Counted from the first letter of the stretch, positions 51,187 to 61,291 are shown. The stretch is 64,000 nucleotides of DNA from Candidatus Bathyarchaeia archaeon (GCA_038883775.1 JAVZLM010000004.1:32001-96000), one strand, 5' to 3'. Notes: generated by a model from the sequence alone, not told the origin. A program made the numbers and translations.

Positions 51187-52646
51187 AAGAAATAGTGATA
51201 AACCCAATTACGAGATTGGAAGGGCACGGAAAAATAACAATCTTCTTAAACGACGAAGGAAACGTAGAAGAAGCCTACTTCCAAGTCCCAGAACTTAGAG
51301 GCTTCGAAAAATTCTGCGAAGGAAGAAGAGCCGAAGACTTACCAATAATAACCACAAGAATTTGCGGAGTCTGCCCAGTAGCCCACCACATGGCAGGAGC
51401 CAAAGCCTTAGACGCTGCCTTTAATGTGGAACCTCCAGAAACAGCCAAAAAACTTAGGGAGCTCATGTATTGCGGTTATTACCTTTACGACCACACATTA
51501 CACTTCTACTATCTTGGAGCTCCAGACTTTGTCGTCGGACCAGACGCCCCTCCAGCGAAAAGAAACGTTCTCGGAGTGATAGAAAAGGTTGGTCTTGAAA
51601 TAGGCAAGGAAGTCATAAAACATAGGGCTTATGGACAAAAAATAACAGAAATATTGGGCGGTAAGGCAACCCACCCCGTAAGCGCTTGTGTTCCAGGCGG
51701 AATCACGAGACCATTGTCTGAAGAGGAAAGGCAAGAAATTGAGAAAATGGTGCGCAGCTTCATAGAATTCGCAAAGTTCACCCTCAAAATCTTTGATGAC
51801 GTTGTCCTAAAAAACACTAACTATGTAAACCTAATCAAAAGCGAACCCTACACCCTAAAAACCTATTACATGGGAACAGTTGACAAAAACAACCACGTAA
51901 ACTTTTACGACGGCAAAGTCCGCGTCGTAGACACGCAAGGAAAGGAATTCGTGAAATTCTCTTCAAAAGAATACTTAGACGTTATCGAAGAGCATGTTGA
52001 ACCATGGACCTATGTCAAATTGCCCTACCTAAAAAAGGTTGGATGGAAAGGACTAGTTGGCGGACAAGACAGCGGACTTTATAGAGTGGGTCCCCTTGGA
52101 AGACTCAACGCTGCGGAAGGAATGGCAACACCCATAGCCCAAGCAGAATACGAAAGAATGTATGAAACTCTCGGCGGAAAACCCGTCCATAATACTTTGG
52201 CTTATCATTGGGCTAGAGTTATAGAGCTAATGTATGCGGCTGAAAGAGCTTTAGAATTGATAACAGATCCGGAAATAACTGGAAAGGACATTAGAAACAA
52301 GCCTGGAAAACCAGGCGAAGGTGTTGGCATAGTGGAAGCAGCAAGGGGCACACTTATTCATCATTACCAACTGGATGAGAACGCTCTTGCCAAAAAAGTC
52401 AACTTGATAGTAGCCACAACACACAATGCACCAAGTATTTGCATATCCGTTAAAAATGCGGCAAAGAGCCTCATACAAAATGGCAAGGTTAATGATGGAA
52501 TATTAAACATGGTTGAAATGGCATTTAGAGCTTACGACCCATGTTTCGCATGTGCAACCCATTTTGCAGTTGGACAAATGCCGCTAACCATTGAAATTTA
52601 CAATCATGAAAGGCAATTGTTAAAAACTATAAGGAGGAAGGGGTGA
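51183..52646 (+). CDS. mvhA: Group 3c [NiFe]-hydrogenase large subunit
   Basis: TRLEGH, RICGVCPVAH (L1), RAYDPCFACATH (L2), followed by a C-terminal extension. Confidence 0.95.
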   Translation: MKEIVINPITRLEGHGKITIFLNDEGNVEEAYFQVPELRGFEKFCEGRRAEDLPIITTRICGVCPVAHHMAGAKALDAAFNVEPPETAKKLRELMYCGYYLYDHTLHFYYLGAPDFVVGPDAPPAKRNVLGVIEKVGLEIGKEVIKHRAYGQKITEILGGKATHPVSACVPGGITRPLSEEERQEIEKMVRSFIEFAKFTLKIFDDVVLKNTNYVNLIKSEPYTLKTYYMGTVDKNNHVNFYDGKVRVVDTQGKEFVKFSSKEYLDVIEEHVEPWTYVKLPYLKKVGWKGLVGGQDSGLYRVGPLGRLNAAEGMATPIAQAEYERMYETLGGKPVHNTLAYHWARVIELMYAAERALELITDPEITGKDIRNKPGKPGEGVGIVEAARGTLIHHYQLDENALAKKVNLIVATTHNAPSICISVKNAAKSLIQNGKVNDGILNMVEMAFRAYDPCFACATHFAVGQMPLTIEIYNHERQLLKTIRRKG

Positions 52647-52648
52647 AA

Positions 52649-55066
52649 ATGGATAAGGTTAAGGTTGGCGTATTCCTTTCAGACTGCGGAAACCAAATAT
52701 CCCAAATCCTTGACTTCGAAGCCCTAATTGAATATGTAAAGGAAATTCCGGGGGTTGCGCTTGTTGCTAGAGCTAGCGAATTTTGGCGTGGCGAAGGATT
52801 AAAAACAATAGTCGAAGCCGTTAAAGGCAAAAAAGTAAACCGCGTTGTTGTGGCAGAAACAATTCCAAAACTAAGCGAAATAAACATTCTCGAGTCTGTG
52901 GAAAAAGCTGGGCTTAACCCATACTTAGCGGAGATAATAGACTTGAAAGACCATTGCGCATGGCCCCATAAAGACTCGCCAAAAGAAGCCACAGAAAAAG
53001 CTAAAGCAATGCTTTTGTCCGCCATTGAACGGGCTAAACTTCTCGAACCCATAGAGAAACTTGAGTTTCCAGCAACCAAATCCGTTTTGGTCATAGGCGG
53101 TGGCATAGCGGGAATACAAGCAGCTGAAGACTTGGCGGAAATGGGATTTGTAGTATATTTAATTGAGAAGGAACCATTCCTCGGAGGTTTGGCTGCCCGT
53201 GCTGGACGCTTCTTCCCCACTGATGATTGTGCCATATGCATACAGTCTCCAGCTTCAGACTTGAAAACTGTGACCCATACTTCCCGCAAATGCGTTTATC
53301 GTTCGGGGTTCACGGAAATTCCAAACCTAAACGTGCTAACAAATTCAAGGGTTCTAAAAGTTGAAGGAGTTCCGGGAAACTATAAGGTTACGATAGAGAA
53401 GAAGCCAAGATATGTTAATGAGGAAAAATGTGTTGCCTGCGACTTATGCACAACTGTTTGCCCAGTAGAAGTTCCAGACGCATATAATGCTAATCTTAAA
53501 AAACGCAAAGCCATCTACATAAACACGCCAATAGTTTATCCACCAGTCTACGCCATTGATGCCAGCGCCTGCAAATTTGACGAATGTGCCAAATGCGTGG
53601 AAGTTTGTCCAACAAAAGCTATAGAATTAAACCAGAAAAGCAAGAAAATGACGTTAAACGTTGGCAGCATAATAGTTGCCACGGGCTTTAAAGAGTATGA
53701 CCCAAGCGTAATAAAGGAATACCATTACGGTGAATACCCAGATGTAATAACCCAACTTGAACTGGCAAGGATGATTGACGGTTTTGGTCCCACAAAAGGC
53801 ATGATAATTAGACCTTCTGATGGAAAACCAGCAAAAAGAATAGTTTTCGTGCAATGTGTTGGTTCCAGAGATAGACGTTGGAACCCATGGTGTTCAAGCA
53901 TCTGCTGCATGATATCACTAAAACATGCTACGCTAATTAAATCGGCCTATCCAGACACTGATGTCACAATATGCTACATTGACATAAGAACAACTGGAAG
54001 AGAACACGAATACTATTACGAACGGGCAAGAGAGATGGGAGTAAAATTCGTGAAGGGTAGACCAACAGAAATTTTGCATGACCCAGAAGCGAACGTTTTG
54101 GTTGTTGATGTGGAAGATGAGCTTCTGCGAAGGTTCTTAGAATTGGAAGCTGATTTGGTGGTTTTGGCGCCTTCCATGGTTCCAGCGGATGGCACAAAAG
54201 AGCTTGCTGAAATTTTAGGTTTAGAATTGGACGAGGATGGTTTCTTTAAGGAATATAACGCCAAGCTTAGACCAACAGAAACCAAAAAGAGGGGAATCTT
54301 CCTTTGCGGCGGAGCCACATTTCCAAAGGATGCTCCGACAACATCCCTTCAGGCTCATTCAGCAGCTATGAAAGCCGCCAAGTTCCTTAACATGGGCAAA
54401 ATAGTTAAAGACCAGAGAACAGCTGTTGTAAATGAAGAGTATTGTGGCGACTGCGAATTCTGTCCGGTCACTTGTCCCTATGGTGCTATAACTTTGACTC
54501 CTAAAGGTGACGGGCATTTTGTTGCAAAAATATCCGACCTCCTATGCGAGGGATGCGGCGTCTGTGTAGGCACATGTCCGGTTAACGCTATTGAACTCCG
54601 ACATTCCAGACCAAACCAAATGTTAGCTCAAATGAGAGCTCTCCTCTCAATAAATGGAACATCAAAACCACTAGTTCTAGCCATAACCTGCTTAGAATGC
54701 GGAAATGCCGCTGTGGATTCTTCTGGCATGGCTATGATGCAGTATCCAGCCAACGTAAGAATAATGAGGGTTCCATGCACTGGAATTTTGCAAGTTCAGC
54801 AAATCCTTGAAGCCTTTAGGGCTGGCGCCCAAGGAGTCATGGTTGTTGGATGCAAAACCGACGGCTGCCACTATGAAATTGGGAGTCAAATAGCCCAAAG
54901 AAAAGTGGAATTGGCAAAAATGTTGCTTAAAGAGTATGGCATAGAACCCGAACGGCTGGAAATGTTCAACATGGTTTACATTGAAGGAGACAAATTCGCC
55001 GAAGCTGCAAAAATGATGACTGAAAGAGTAGAGAAACTTGGTCCCATCAAAATAACATCATCTTAA
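52649..55066 (+). CDS. hdrA: HdrA-MvhD fusion with degenerate N-terminal domain
   Basis: GGGIAG, FPTDDC, CVGSRD, CSSICCMISLK, ferredoxin motifs; intact MvhD domain (CLEC, VPCTG, GCKTDGCHY). Confidence 0.92.
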   Translation: MDKVKVGVFLSDCGNQISQILDFEALIEYVKEIPGVALVARASEFWRGEGLKTIVEAVKGKKVNRVVVAETIPKLSEINILESVEKAGLNPYLAEIIDLKDHCAWPHKDSPKEATEKAKAMLLSAIERAKLLEPIEKLEFPATKSVLVIGGGIAGIQAAEDLAEMGFVVYLIEKEPFLGGLAARAGRFFPTDDCAICIQSPASDLKTVTHTSRKCVYRSGFTEIPNLNVLTNSRVLKVEGVPGNYKVTIEKKPRYVNEEKCVACDLCTTVCPVEVPDAYNANLKKRKAIYINTPIVYPPVYAIDASACKFDECAKCVEVCPTKAIELNQKSKKMTLNVGSIIVATGFKEYDPSVIKEYHYGEYPDVITQLELARMIDGFGPTKGMIIRPSDGKPAKRIVFVQCVGSRDRRWNPWCSSICCMISLKHATLIKSAYPDTDVTICYIDIRTTGREHEYYYERAREMGVKFVKGRPTEILHDPEANVLVVDVEDELLRRFLELEADLVVLAPSMVPADGTKELAEILGLELDEDGFFKEYNAKLRPTETKKRGIFLCGGATFPKDAPTTSLQAHSAAMKAAKFLNMGKIVKDQRTAVVNEEYCGDCEFCPVTCPYGAITLTPKGDGHFVAKISDLLCEGCGVCVGTCPVNAIELRHSRPNQMLAQMRALLSINGTSKPLVLAITCLECGNAAVDSSGMAMMQYPANVRIMRVPCTGILQVQQILEAFRAGAQGVMVVGCKTDGCHYEIGSQIAQRKVELAKMLLKEYGIEPERLEMFNMVYIEGDKFAEAAKMMTERVEKLGPIKITSS

Positions 55067-55078
55067 CAATGGAGATAA

Positions 55079-55594
55079 ATGGAAATGGCACAACAAAAAA
55101 CCTCCCCAAAAAATTTTTCCAAAGAGATAACAAGCCGACTTGGCGGCGAAACAATAACCTTTTGCTATCAATGCGGAACATGCGCCAGCAGCTGCCCAGT
55201 TGCCAAAATTACGGAAAAGTTCAATCCAAGAGAAGTTATTAGACTGGCGCTTTTGGGAATGAGGGATGAGGTTTTAGCTGGCGATGCCATTTGGCTTTGT
55301 TCTTCATGCTACAACTGTCAAGAACGTTGTCCTCAAAAAGTGGAAATAGCTGATGTCATCTATGCCTTAAGAAATATAGCCATACGAGAAGGGCACATTC
55401 CAAACATTTATTCAGAGTTTGCAGCTGGACTAATGAGTGAAGGACGCATAGTTCCAATCTCCAAATTTTTAGAAAAGAAGAGACCAGAATACGGTTTGCC
55501 ACCCCTAAAACCAGCAGGAGTTGAAGCAATAAGAAAGATTCTTTCCGCCACTGGTTTTGACAAGATTCAATTCAAAAAAGGTGAGACGCCATGA
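55079..55594 (+). CDS. hdrC: Heterodisulfide reductase subunit C
   Basis: CYQCGTCASSCP, WLCSSCYNCQERCP. Confidence 0.93.
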   Translation: MEMAQQKTSPKNFSKEITSRLGGETITFCYQCGTCASSCPVAKITEKFNPREVIRLALLGMRDEVLAGDAIWLCSSCYNCQERCPQKVEIADVIYALRNIAIREGHIPNIYSEFAAGLMSEGRIVPISKFLEKKRPEYGLPPLKPAGVEAIRKILSATGFDKIQFKKGETP

Positions 55595-56466
55595 CCACAT
55601 ACGCTTTATTCCTCGGCTGCACGATACCAGCCCGCCAACCACACTATGAATTGTCTGCAAGGAAAGCCTTAACAAAATTGGGAATAGAACTTGTCGACTT
55701 AGATAATATGACATGCTGCGCTCCTCCACCATTGCAGTCAATAGATTTGGAAACAAGCTTGGCTATTGCCGCGCATAATATTTGTATAGCTGAAGAGGCA
55801 GACCTTAACATAGTTACTCTTTGCACGGGCTGTTTCGAATCCTTGGCGATGGCAAATGCCATTTTAAAAGAGAATGAAGAACTGAAAGCGAAAGTGAACA
55901 AAATCCTTTCCAGTGTCGGTAAAGAGTTTAAGGGCAACAAGGAAGTTAGGCATTACCTTCAAGTTTTGATGAATGATGTAGGCTTAAAGCGCTTAGAAAA
56001 GAGCGTAGTTAAAAAATTAAATAACTTGAAAGTGGCATCCTTTTCTGGTTGTCACCTTCTCAGACCCAGCGCGCTTTTAAAATTTGATGATCCAGAACGC
56101 CCACGAATATTTGATAGCCTCATTGAAGCCTTAGGCGCGAAAAGCATTTGGTATCGAAACAAGCTAAAATGTTGTGGAGGACTTTTGAGAGGCTATGCCG
56201 ATGATGTTGCCTTAGCCATCGCAAAAGACAAAATTGTAAACGCTACAAGAGCTGGCGCCGATTGCATATCAACCCTTTGTCCCTTCTGCTTCTTAACATT
56301 AGATCTGGGGCAGATGCTCATAAAATCCACCTACAAAGAAGAATACAACATGCCAATCATTCACTACTCTGAACTTCTAAGCCTAAGTTTGGGAATAGAC
56401 CCAAAAGAGCTTGCCCTTGACTTTCACAAGGTAAAAGTGGACCCGGTGCTGAAAAAATTAGGTTAA
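55591..56466 (+). CDS. hdrB: Heterodisulfide reductase subunit B
   Basis: FLGC, TCC, CTGC, GCHLLRP, KCCGG, CPFC. Confidence 0.93.
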   Translation: MTTYALFLGCTIPARQPHYELSARKALTKLGIELVDLDNMTCCAPPPLQSIDLETSLAIAAHNICIAEEADLNIVTLCTGCFESLAMANAILKENEELKAKVNKILSSVGKEFKGNKEVRHYLQVLMNDVGLKRLEKSVVKKLNNLKVASFSGCHLLRPSALLKFDDPERPRIFDSLIEALGAKSIWYRNKLKCCGGLLRGYADDVALAIAKDKIVNATRAGADCISTLCPFCFLTLDLGQMLIKSTYKEEYNMPIIHYSELLSLSLGIDPKELALDFHKVKVDPVLKKLG

Positions 56467-56488
56467 GCCAAAAATTTCGTCTTTACAG

Positions 56489-56737
56489 ATGGAAAGCGTT
56501 AATAGTTTGAAACTTCACCCAATTTTTGGGAAGCATAAAATGAAAGTAGTTGCTTTAAAAGAGCATACTTGTTATTGTTGTGGAGAAACAATAAAAAAGG
56601 GTGAAGAATGCATCGCCTTATTTGTAAACCCTTCCAACCCAGCAAAAAACGAGTTTGATGTGATTTACACTTGTCTAAAATGTTTCGGAGAAGAAGCTTG
56701 CAAGCTTAGAATAGAGAAAAGGAAAGCAGTTCAATAA
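56489..56737 (+). CDS. Small Cys-rich zinc-finger-like protein
   Basis: HTCYCCGETIKKGE..C..YTCLKC. Confidence 0.65.
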   Translation: MESVNSLKLHPIFGKHKMKVVALKEHTCYCCGETIKKGEECIALFVNPSNPAKNEFDVIYTCLKCFGEEACKLRIEKRKAVQ

Positions 56738-56741
56738 CGCT

Positions 56742-57215
56742 TTAGTTACTATTGTTTACTTTTGGAATGTAAACTTCAAAAGCCTCATTATTATTGCACT
56801 TCATAACCATATCTTCAATTTTTAAATGCTTAACTGGAAGGTTTAGTTTTTGGCATTCGTCAACGCAAACCTCTATTCCATTCGAGTCTTTGTGGCATTT
56901 TTTCTGGCAAATTTCTAAACCGTCCACACCTGTATGAAGTGTAACTTTTTGGTCCTTGCAGCGGCATTGCATCAATATCCTAACGTAGTTTTCATCTTCG
57001 AAAACATCAATTAATGGTTCTTCCAATTGCGGAAGGGGAATAAAATGTTTAACTGGGCTTGGTTCAACTTGTTCGCTTATTATGTATTTTCTGTAAAGAA
57101 GTCTTTCCATCGGTTCCACAACAACATCGCTCTTTTCTTCCTCTTCAGCAATCTTCCTAGCTAAGACCTTGCAGAAAACATCGATATTTCGTAATGCTTC
57201 TTCAAAATCATCCAA
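56742..57215 (-). CDS. Hsp20/alpha-crystallin-like protein, Cys-rich
   Basis: EPLIDVFEDENYVRI..LPV..NNEAFEVYIPK resembles an Hsp20 domain. Confidence 0.6.
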   Translation of the reverse strand: MDDFEEALRNIDVFCKVLARKIAEEEEKSDVVVEPMERLLYRKYIISEQVEPSPVKHFIPLPQLEEPLIDVFEDENYVRILMQCRCKDQKVTLHTGVDGLEICQKKCHKDSNGIEVCVDECQKLNLPVKHLKIEDMVMKCNNNEAFEVYIPKVNNSN

Positions 57216-57301
57216 GGTCTCGACGCCCTCTGTATTTATGTTATTTACTTTTATCCTTAAAAGGCTTCTTATGTTATAATTAACGCATAAACCATTTATG
57301 C

Positions 57302-58378
57302 TTACGCCTTCTTTTTCACTGGCAATGGTGCGGTTCGAACGTGCTTCACTACCCGGATAATATGCTCCACATCTTTTCTCGGCTGCTCCAACGCTCTGTT
57401 TATTGCTATATCTGCAATTGTCGCCCCTTTATCTGCAATCTTGTTCAGACAAGAAATATTCGCCCTTAAATATGGAATTTCAGGAGCTTCTCGCATAAGT
57501 TTTTCTGCCTCCATTTCCAACACATTCTTCATTTCCAACACTCCATTGGCAACTCTTAGGTCTCGTGTGAAGATGCAGTCTAAGGCTTTCTGGAAGATAG
57601 TCTGCGTTAACTCGCCCATATGATAAATCCTTTCCACAATCTCCTTTGGAATTCTATCTCTATAGGGTTCCAATTCGACAATTTTTCTGGCTATGTCCTC
57701 AGAATAGTCTGCGATTAACTCTAAATACTGCAATATTAAACGGGTGGCTGGAATGAAGAGGATGTCTGTTGCGCCTATTTGCTCTGCCACAGCGGGTTTT
57801 GCTTGTGCAGAAAGGAGCAGACGCACCGCCAAATAATAGATAGTGTCTGCTTCGTCTTCTCGGCTTACCGCCTCATTGGCTAAGGAATAATTTTTCTCCA
57901 AGAAAGCCTGCATGGCTTCAGACAAAATTGTTGAAGCAATTAGGGACAATCGTCTAATAAGCATGTCAATTTTAAACTTGGCTGGGTCCACGGAGCATTG
58001 CAACAAAATATTGTTTGGTGTTTCTTCCAGAATACCTAAACCAATGAGTTTCCGAACAATTCTCCGAATTTCATCCACATGCATCTTCCCTATTCTGCTT
58101 GAAGATGTTATCCTTATAACATCCCGTCCGAGAATGTAGCTTCCAACAATTATTCTTTCCAGCATGCCTTGCTCATCGCATGCGTCCGCATTTATTATGT
58201 ATTCTTCAGCTTCCTCTTTCAGCGCCATTTGACTTGGCACAATTTTTAATGTGCCGTCTCTTTCCGGGATGAGGAAAACAGGGTCTCCGGGGTTAATGTT
58301 GTTTTGTTTTGCCCATTCGCTTGGAAGCGAAACCGTCATTGTTGAGTATCCTACTTTTTGCACTTTTCTACTTTCCAA
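57302..58378 (-). CDS. phoU: PhoU-family regulator with N-terminal AbrB domain
   Basis: RKVQKVGYSTMTVSLPSEWA, EDEADTIY, LELIADY, IAD; TTG 58378 is the likely start. Confidence 0.88.
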   Translation of the reverse strand: MESRKVQKVGYSTMTVSLPSEWAKQNNINPGDPVFLIPERDGTLKIVPSQMALKEEAEEYIINADACDEQGMLERIIVGSYILGRDVIRITSSSRIGKMHVDEIRRIVRKLIGLGILEETPNNILLQCSVDPAKFKIDMLIRRLSLIASTILSEAMQAFLEKNYSLANEAVSREDEADTIYYLAVRLLLSAQAKPAVAEQIGATDILFIPATRLILQYLELIADYSEDIARKIVELEPYRDRIPKEIVERIYHMGELTQTIFQKALDCIFTRDLRVANGVLEMKNVLEMEAEKLMREAPEIPYLRANISCLNKIADKGATIADIAINRALEQPRKDVEHIIRVVKHVRTAPLPVKKKA

Positions 58379-58512
58379 AATAGATTCCTTCGCATGGTAT
58401 TTACTATTATTTGTTTTATATGCATTACGCATATCTCTTCTATTATGTTATGTATTAGCTAAATATTGAGTAAAAATGATAAAATGTAGCGAAATGTTGA
58501 GAAGGGTAGTTT

Positions 58513-58734
58513 ATGATAGAAAAACCTGTTAGAAGTTTAGTTAAAGCCATTTCTTGGCGAATTGTTGCAACCATAACCACTATACTCTTGGTTGTAGTTT
58601 TCAGTAAGGATTTGGCTTTGGGTACGATTGTGGGCATTACGGAACTTGTGGTGAAGACTATTGTTTATTATGTTCATGAGCGTGTTTGGAATTTGTCCAA
58701 CTTTGGTAGAGAAGTCAAAAGCAAAGTGCAGTGA
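58513..58734 (+). CDS. DUF2061 small membrane protein
   Basis: RSLVKAISWR..YYVHERVW. Confidence 0.88.
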   Translation: MIEKPVRSLVKAISWRIVATITTILLVVVFSKDLALGTIVGITELVVKTIVYYVHERVWNLSNFGREVKSKVQ

Positions 58735-58847
58735 TTATTTCAATGTCGTCTAAATATGGTATTTACTATTATAATTTATAAATGCACTAAGTATATATTT
58801 AATTCTTGCACTATATATCACTCAAGGTTAAAGGAGGTTGATAAAAA

Positions 58848-59450
58848 ATGACCGAAAAAACATCAGAATGGAAAACCGTAAGCATAAGACAAGAACTCAT
58901 AAAAGAAATAGAAGAAGCCATAAAAACAGGACGTTACCGAAGCATTTCGGAATTCGTCTCAGAAGCCATCCGCCTACGCTTAGAAGACCTAATGCGGGCA
59001 GAAGGAATCCCAATTGAAAAACGCAAAGAACTTTTAGCAAAACCAGAATTGCTACTCTACACGCCTAAACACACATGGGCTCAAATCACTCCTGAAGGAA
59101 ACATAAGAGTCGGCGTTTCCGAATATGCCCAAAAACACTTGAAAAGCATAGTTCGCGTATTAACCGAGCCAGTAGGAAAGGAAATCACCAAAATGGAGCC
59201 CTTCGGAGTTGCCGAAACCTGGATGTTCATGTTCGACCTTTACGCTCCAGTTAGTGGCAAAATAGTCAAGGTCAACGAGAAATTGAAGAACGAGCCCAAC
59301 ATCATAAACGAAGACCCCTACAATGAAGGATGGATTATTGAGATAAAGCCCAAAAACTCTTTGGTTCTGGAAGAGGAACTTAAAAAGTTACTTAGCGCAA
59401 GAGAGTACAACAAGTGGATAAGCAAGCTTGAAGGAAGATTACGCGAATAA
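58848..59450 (+). CDS. RHH DNA-binding domain fused to a glycine-cleavage-H-like domain lacking the lipoyl lysine
   Basis: WKTVSI..GRYRSISEFVSEAIR (RHH); YTPKHTW, VGVSEYAQ, DLYAPVSGKIVKVN, INEDPYNEGWI (GcvH fold); AETWMF replaces AESVKA. Confidence 0.88.
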   Translation: MTEKTSEWKTVSIRQELIKEIEEAIKTGRYRSISEFVSEAIRLRLEDLMRAEGIPIEKRKELLAKPELLLYTPKHTWAQITPEGNIRVGVSEYAQKHLKSIVRVLTEPVGKEITKMEPFGVAETWMFMFDLYAPVSGKIVKVNEKLKNEPNIINEDPYNEGWIIEIKPKNSLVLEEELKKLLSAREYNKWISKLEGRLRE

Positions 59451-59571
59451 TTTCCCATCTCCCCCTTTTTATTTGCTGCATTTTTGATGCGTTATAATTG
59501 TGTTAAGTTTAACTTAGGTGGCTTAATATATTAGGCTTATAAAACTTTACATAGGTAAAGCTGGTTCCATA

Positions 59572-61284
59572 ATGGCAGCTAAAACTGAAACAAAAGTGAG
59601 AAAACTTCCACCATGCCGCGCGGCATGCCCAGCCCATGTCAACGTTCAAGGATATGTAGCTTTGTTGCAAATGGGAAAATTCAAGGAAGCCGTTGAAATC
59701 ATAAGAAGGGACATGCCCTTTCCGGCAATATGCGGAAGAGTCTGCTTCAGCCCATGCGAAGATGCGTGTGCTAGAACCAACGTGGATCAAGCAGTAGCCA
59801 TACGCGCCCTAAAAAGACTTGTCGCTGATATTGAAAGAGAAACTGGAAGAGTGAAGGCAGAACCCATACCGAAAAAATACAGCGAAAAAGTCGCCATAAT
59901 AGGCGCAGGTCCAGCGGGTTTAACAGCAGCTTACGAGCTTGCAAAGCTTGGTTATCCAATAACAGTTTTTGAGCGAATGAGCGAGGCTGGCGGAATGATG
60001 CGTTATTGCATACCCGAATTTCGACTTGAAAAATTTGTTGTAGCCAACGAAATAGCCTACATAAAAGATTTAGGCGTCGAAATTAAAACAGGCGTGGAAT
60101 TTGGAAAAGACATAACTATCCAAAGTCTGCAAGATGAAGGTTACAAGGCTATTTTCTTAGCCATCGGAACACAACTGGGCATGAAGTTAAATGTACCAGG
60201 CGAAGATTTAGAAGGCGTGATAAACGCTGTTGACTTCTTGAGAGCTGTGAATTTGGGAGAACATGTTAAGGTTGGAGAAAAGGTTGCGGTTGTTGGAGGT
60301 GGAAACACTGCTATTGACGCTGCGCGCACGGCGAAAAAGCTTGACGCTAAAGAAGTTATGATATTGTATAGACGTTCCCGCGAAGAAATGCCAGCCTTGC
60401 CCCATGAAGTTGAATTGGCTGAGAAGGATGGAATAAAGTTCTATTTTCTTGTTGCTCCAAAACAGATTATAGGTGAAAATGGCAAGGTTAAAGCCATTGA
60501 ATGCTTAAGAATGCGGTTGGGCGAACCAGACGAAAGCGGAAGAAGACGCCCAATTCCAATAAGCTTTTCTGAACATCAATATGAAGTTGACATGGTGATT
60601 CCAGCCCTTGGACAAGTGGCAGAAATATCATGCATACCAAAAGAACTTCTAGACAAAGAAACAAGAGCTCCATCATTAAAAGTTGACCCAACAACCCTAG
60701 AAACAAACATGCCAGGCGTTTTCGCAGGAGGCGACATAGCCACAGGACCAGCAAGCATAATTGAAGCTGTAGGTGCTGGGAAAAGAGCCGCTGTTTCAAT
60801 TCACCGTTATCTTCAAGGGATAGATTTGCGAAGTGGAAGAGAAGAGGTTGAAGAAACAACATGGGTTAAAAACTGGGGATACATTAACAAAAAAGAACGC
60901 AGATATGAGCCTCCAGTGGAGAAGCCGCGGCTGAGTTTTGAGGAGGCAATGGAATATTTAGAAAAGATAAAACAGCAAGCCATGTTTGAAGCTTTTCGCT
61001 GCTTGGGATGTGGACCTTGCGCTGAATGCTTGGCAAACTTGGAATTATGTGAGGGTGACAAGGCTATTATTGATGAAACGTTATGTATAGGCTGCAATGT
61101 CTGCGCTGTCGTCTGTCCATTTGGAGCAATTAAAAAGAACGAAAAGGAAATCGCCCAAGTAAACGAAGACCTTTGCAAGGGCTGCGGAATTTGCGCGGCA
61201 AGATGCCCAGAACAAGCCATAACAATGAAGAAACTGCCAAACGAGAGAATTCTAAGCCTCGCTTTAGCAACTATTAAGGGGTGA
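59572..61284 (+). CDS. GltD-like FAD/NAD(P)H oxidoreductase with C-terminal ferredoxin domain (HdrL-insert-like)
   Basis: PPCRAACP, CGRVCFSPCE, GAGPAG, GGGNTAID, YRRS, AGGD, RCLGCGPC, two CxxCxxCxxxCP motifs. Confidence 0.9.
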   Translation: MAAKTETKVRKLPPCRAACPAHVNVQGYVALLQMGKFKEAVEIIRRDMPFPAICGRVCFSPCEDACARTNVDQAVAIRALKRLVADIERETGRVKAEPIPKKYSEKVAIIGAGPAGLTAAYELAKLGYPITVFERMSEAGGMMRYCIPEFRLEKFVVANEIAYIKDLGVEIKTGVEFGKDITIQSLQDEGYKAIFLAIGTQLGMKLNVPGEDLEGVINAVDFLRAVNLGEHVKVGEKVAVVGGGNTAIDAARTAKKLDAKEVMILYRRSREEMPALPHEVELAEKDGIKFYFLVAPKQIIGENGKVKAIECLRMRLGEPDESGRRRPIPISFSEHQYEVDMVIPALGQVAEISCIPKELLDKETRAPSLKVDPTTLETNMPGVFAGGDIATGPASIIEAVGAGKRAAVSIHRYLQGIDLRSGREEVEETTWVKNWGYINKKERRYEPPVEKPRLSFEEAMEYLEKIKQQAMFEAFRCLGCGPCAECLANLELCEGDKAIIDETLCIGCNVCAVVCPFGAIKKNEKEIAQVNEDLCKGCGICAARCPEQAITMKKLPNERILSLALATIKG

Positions 61285-61291
61285 TAATTGA

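Noticed and set aside
52627-53289. 220-aa minus-strand ORF and the many other short antisense ORFs in the track
   Set aside because: Shadows of well-supported genes on the opposite strand.
58848-59450. Ordinary gcvH annotation
   Set aside because: The lipoyl lysine is absent, an RHH domain is fused, and no other glycine cleavage genes are in the window.
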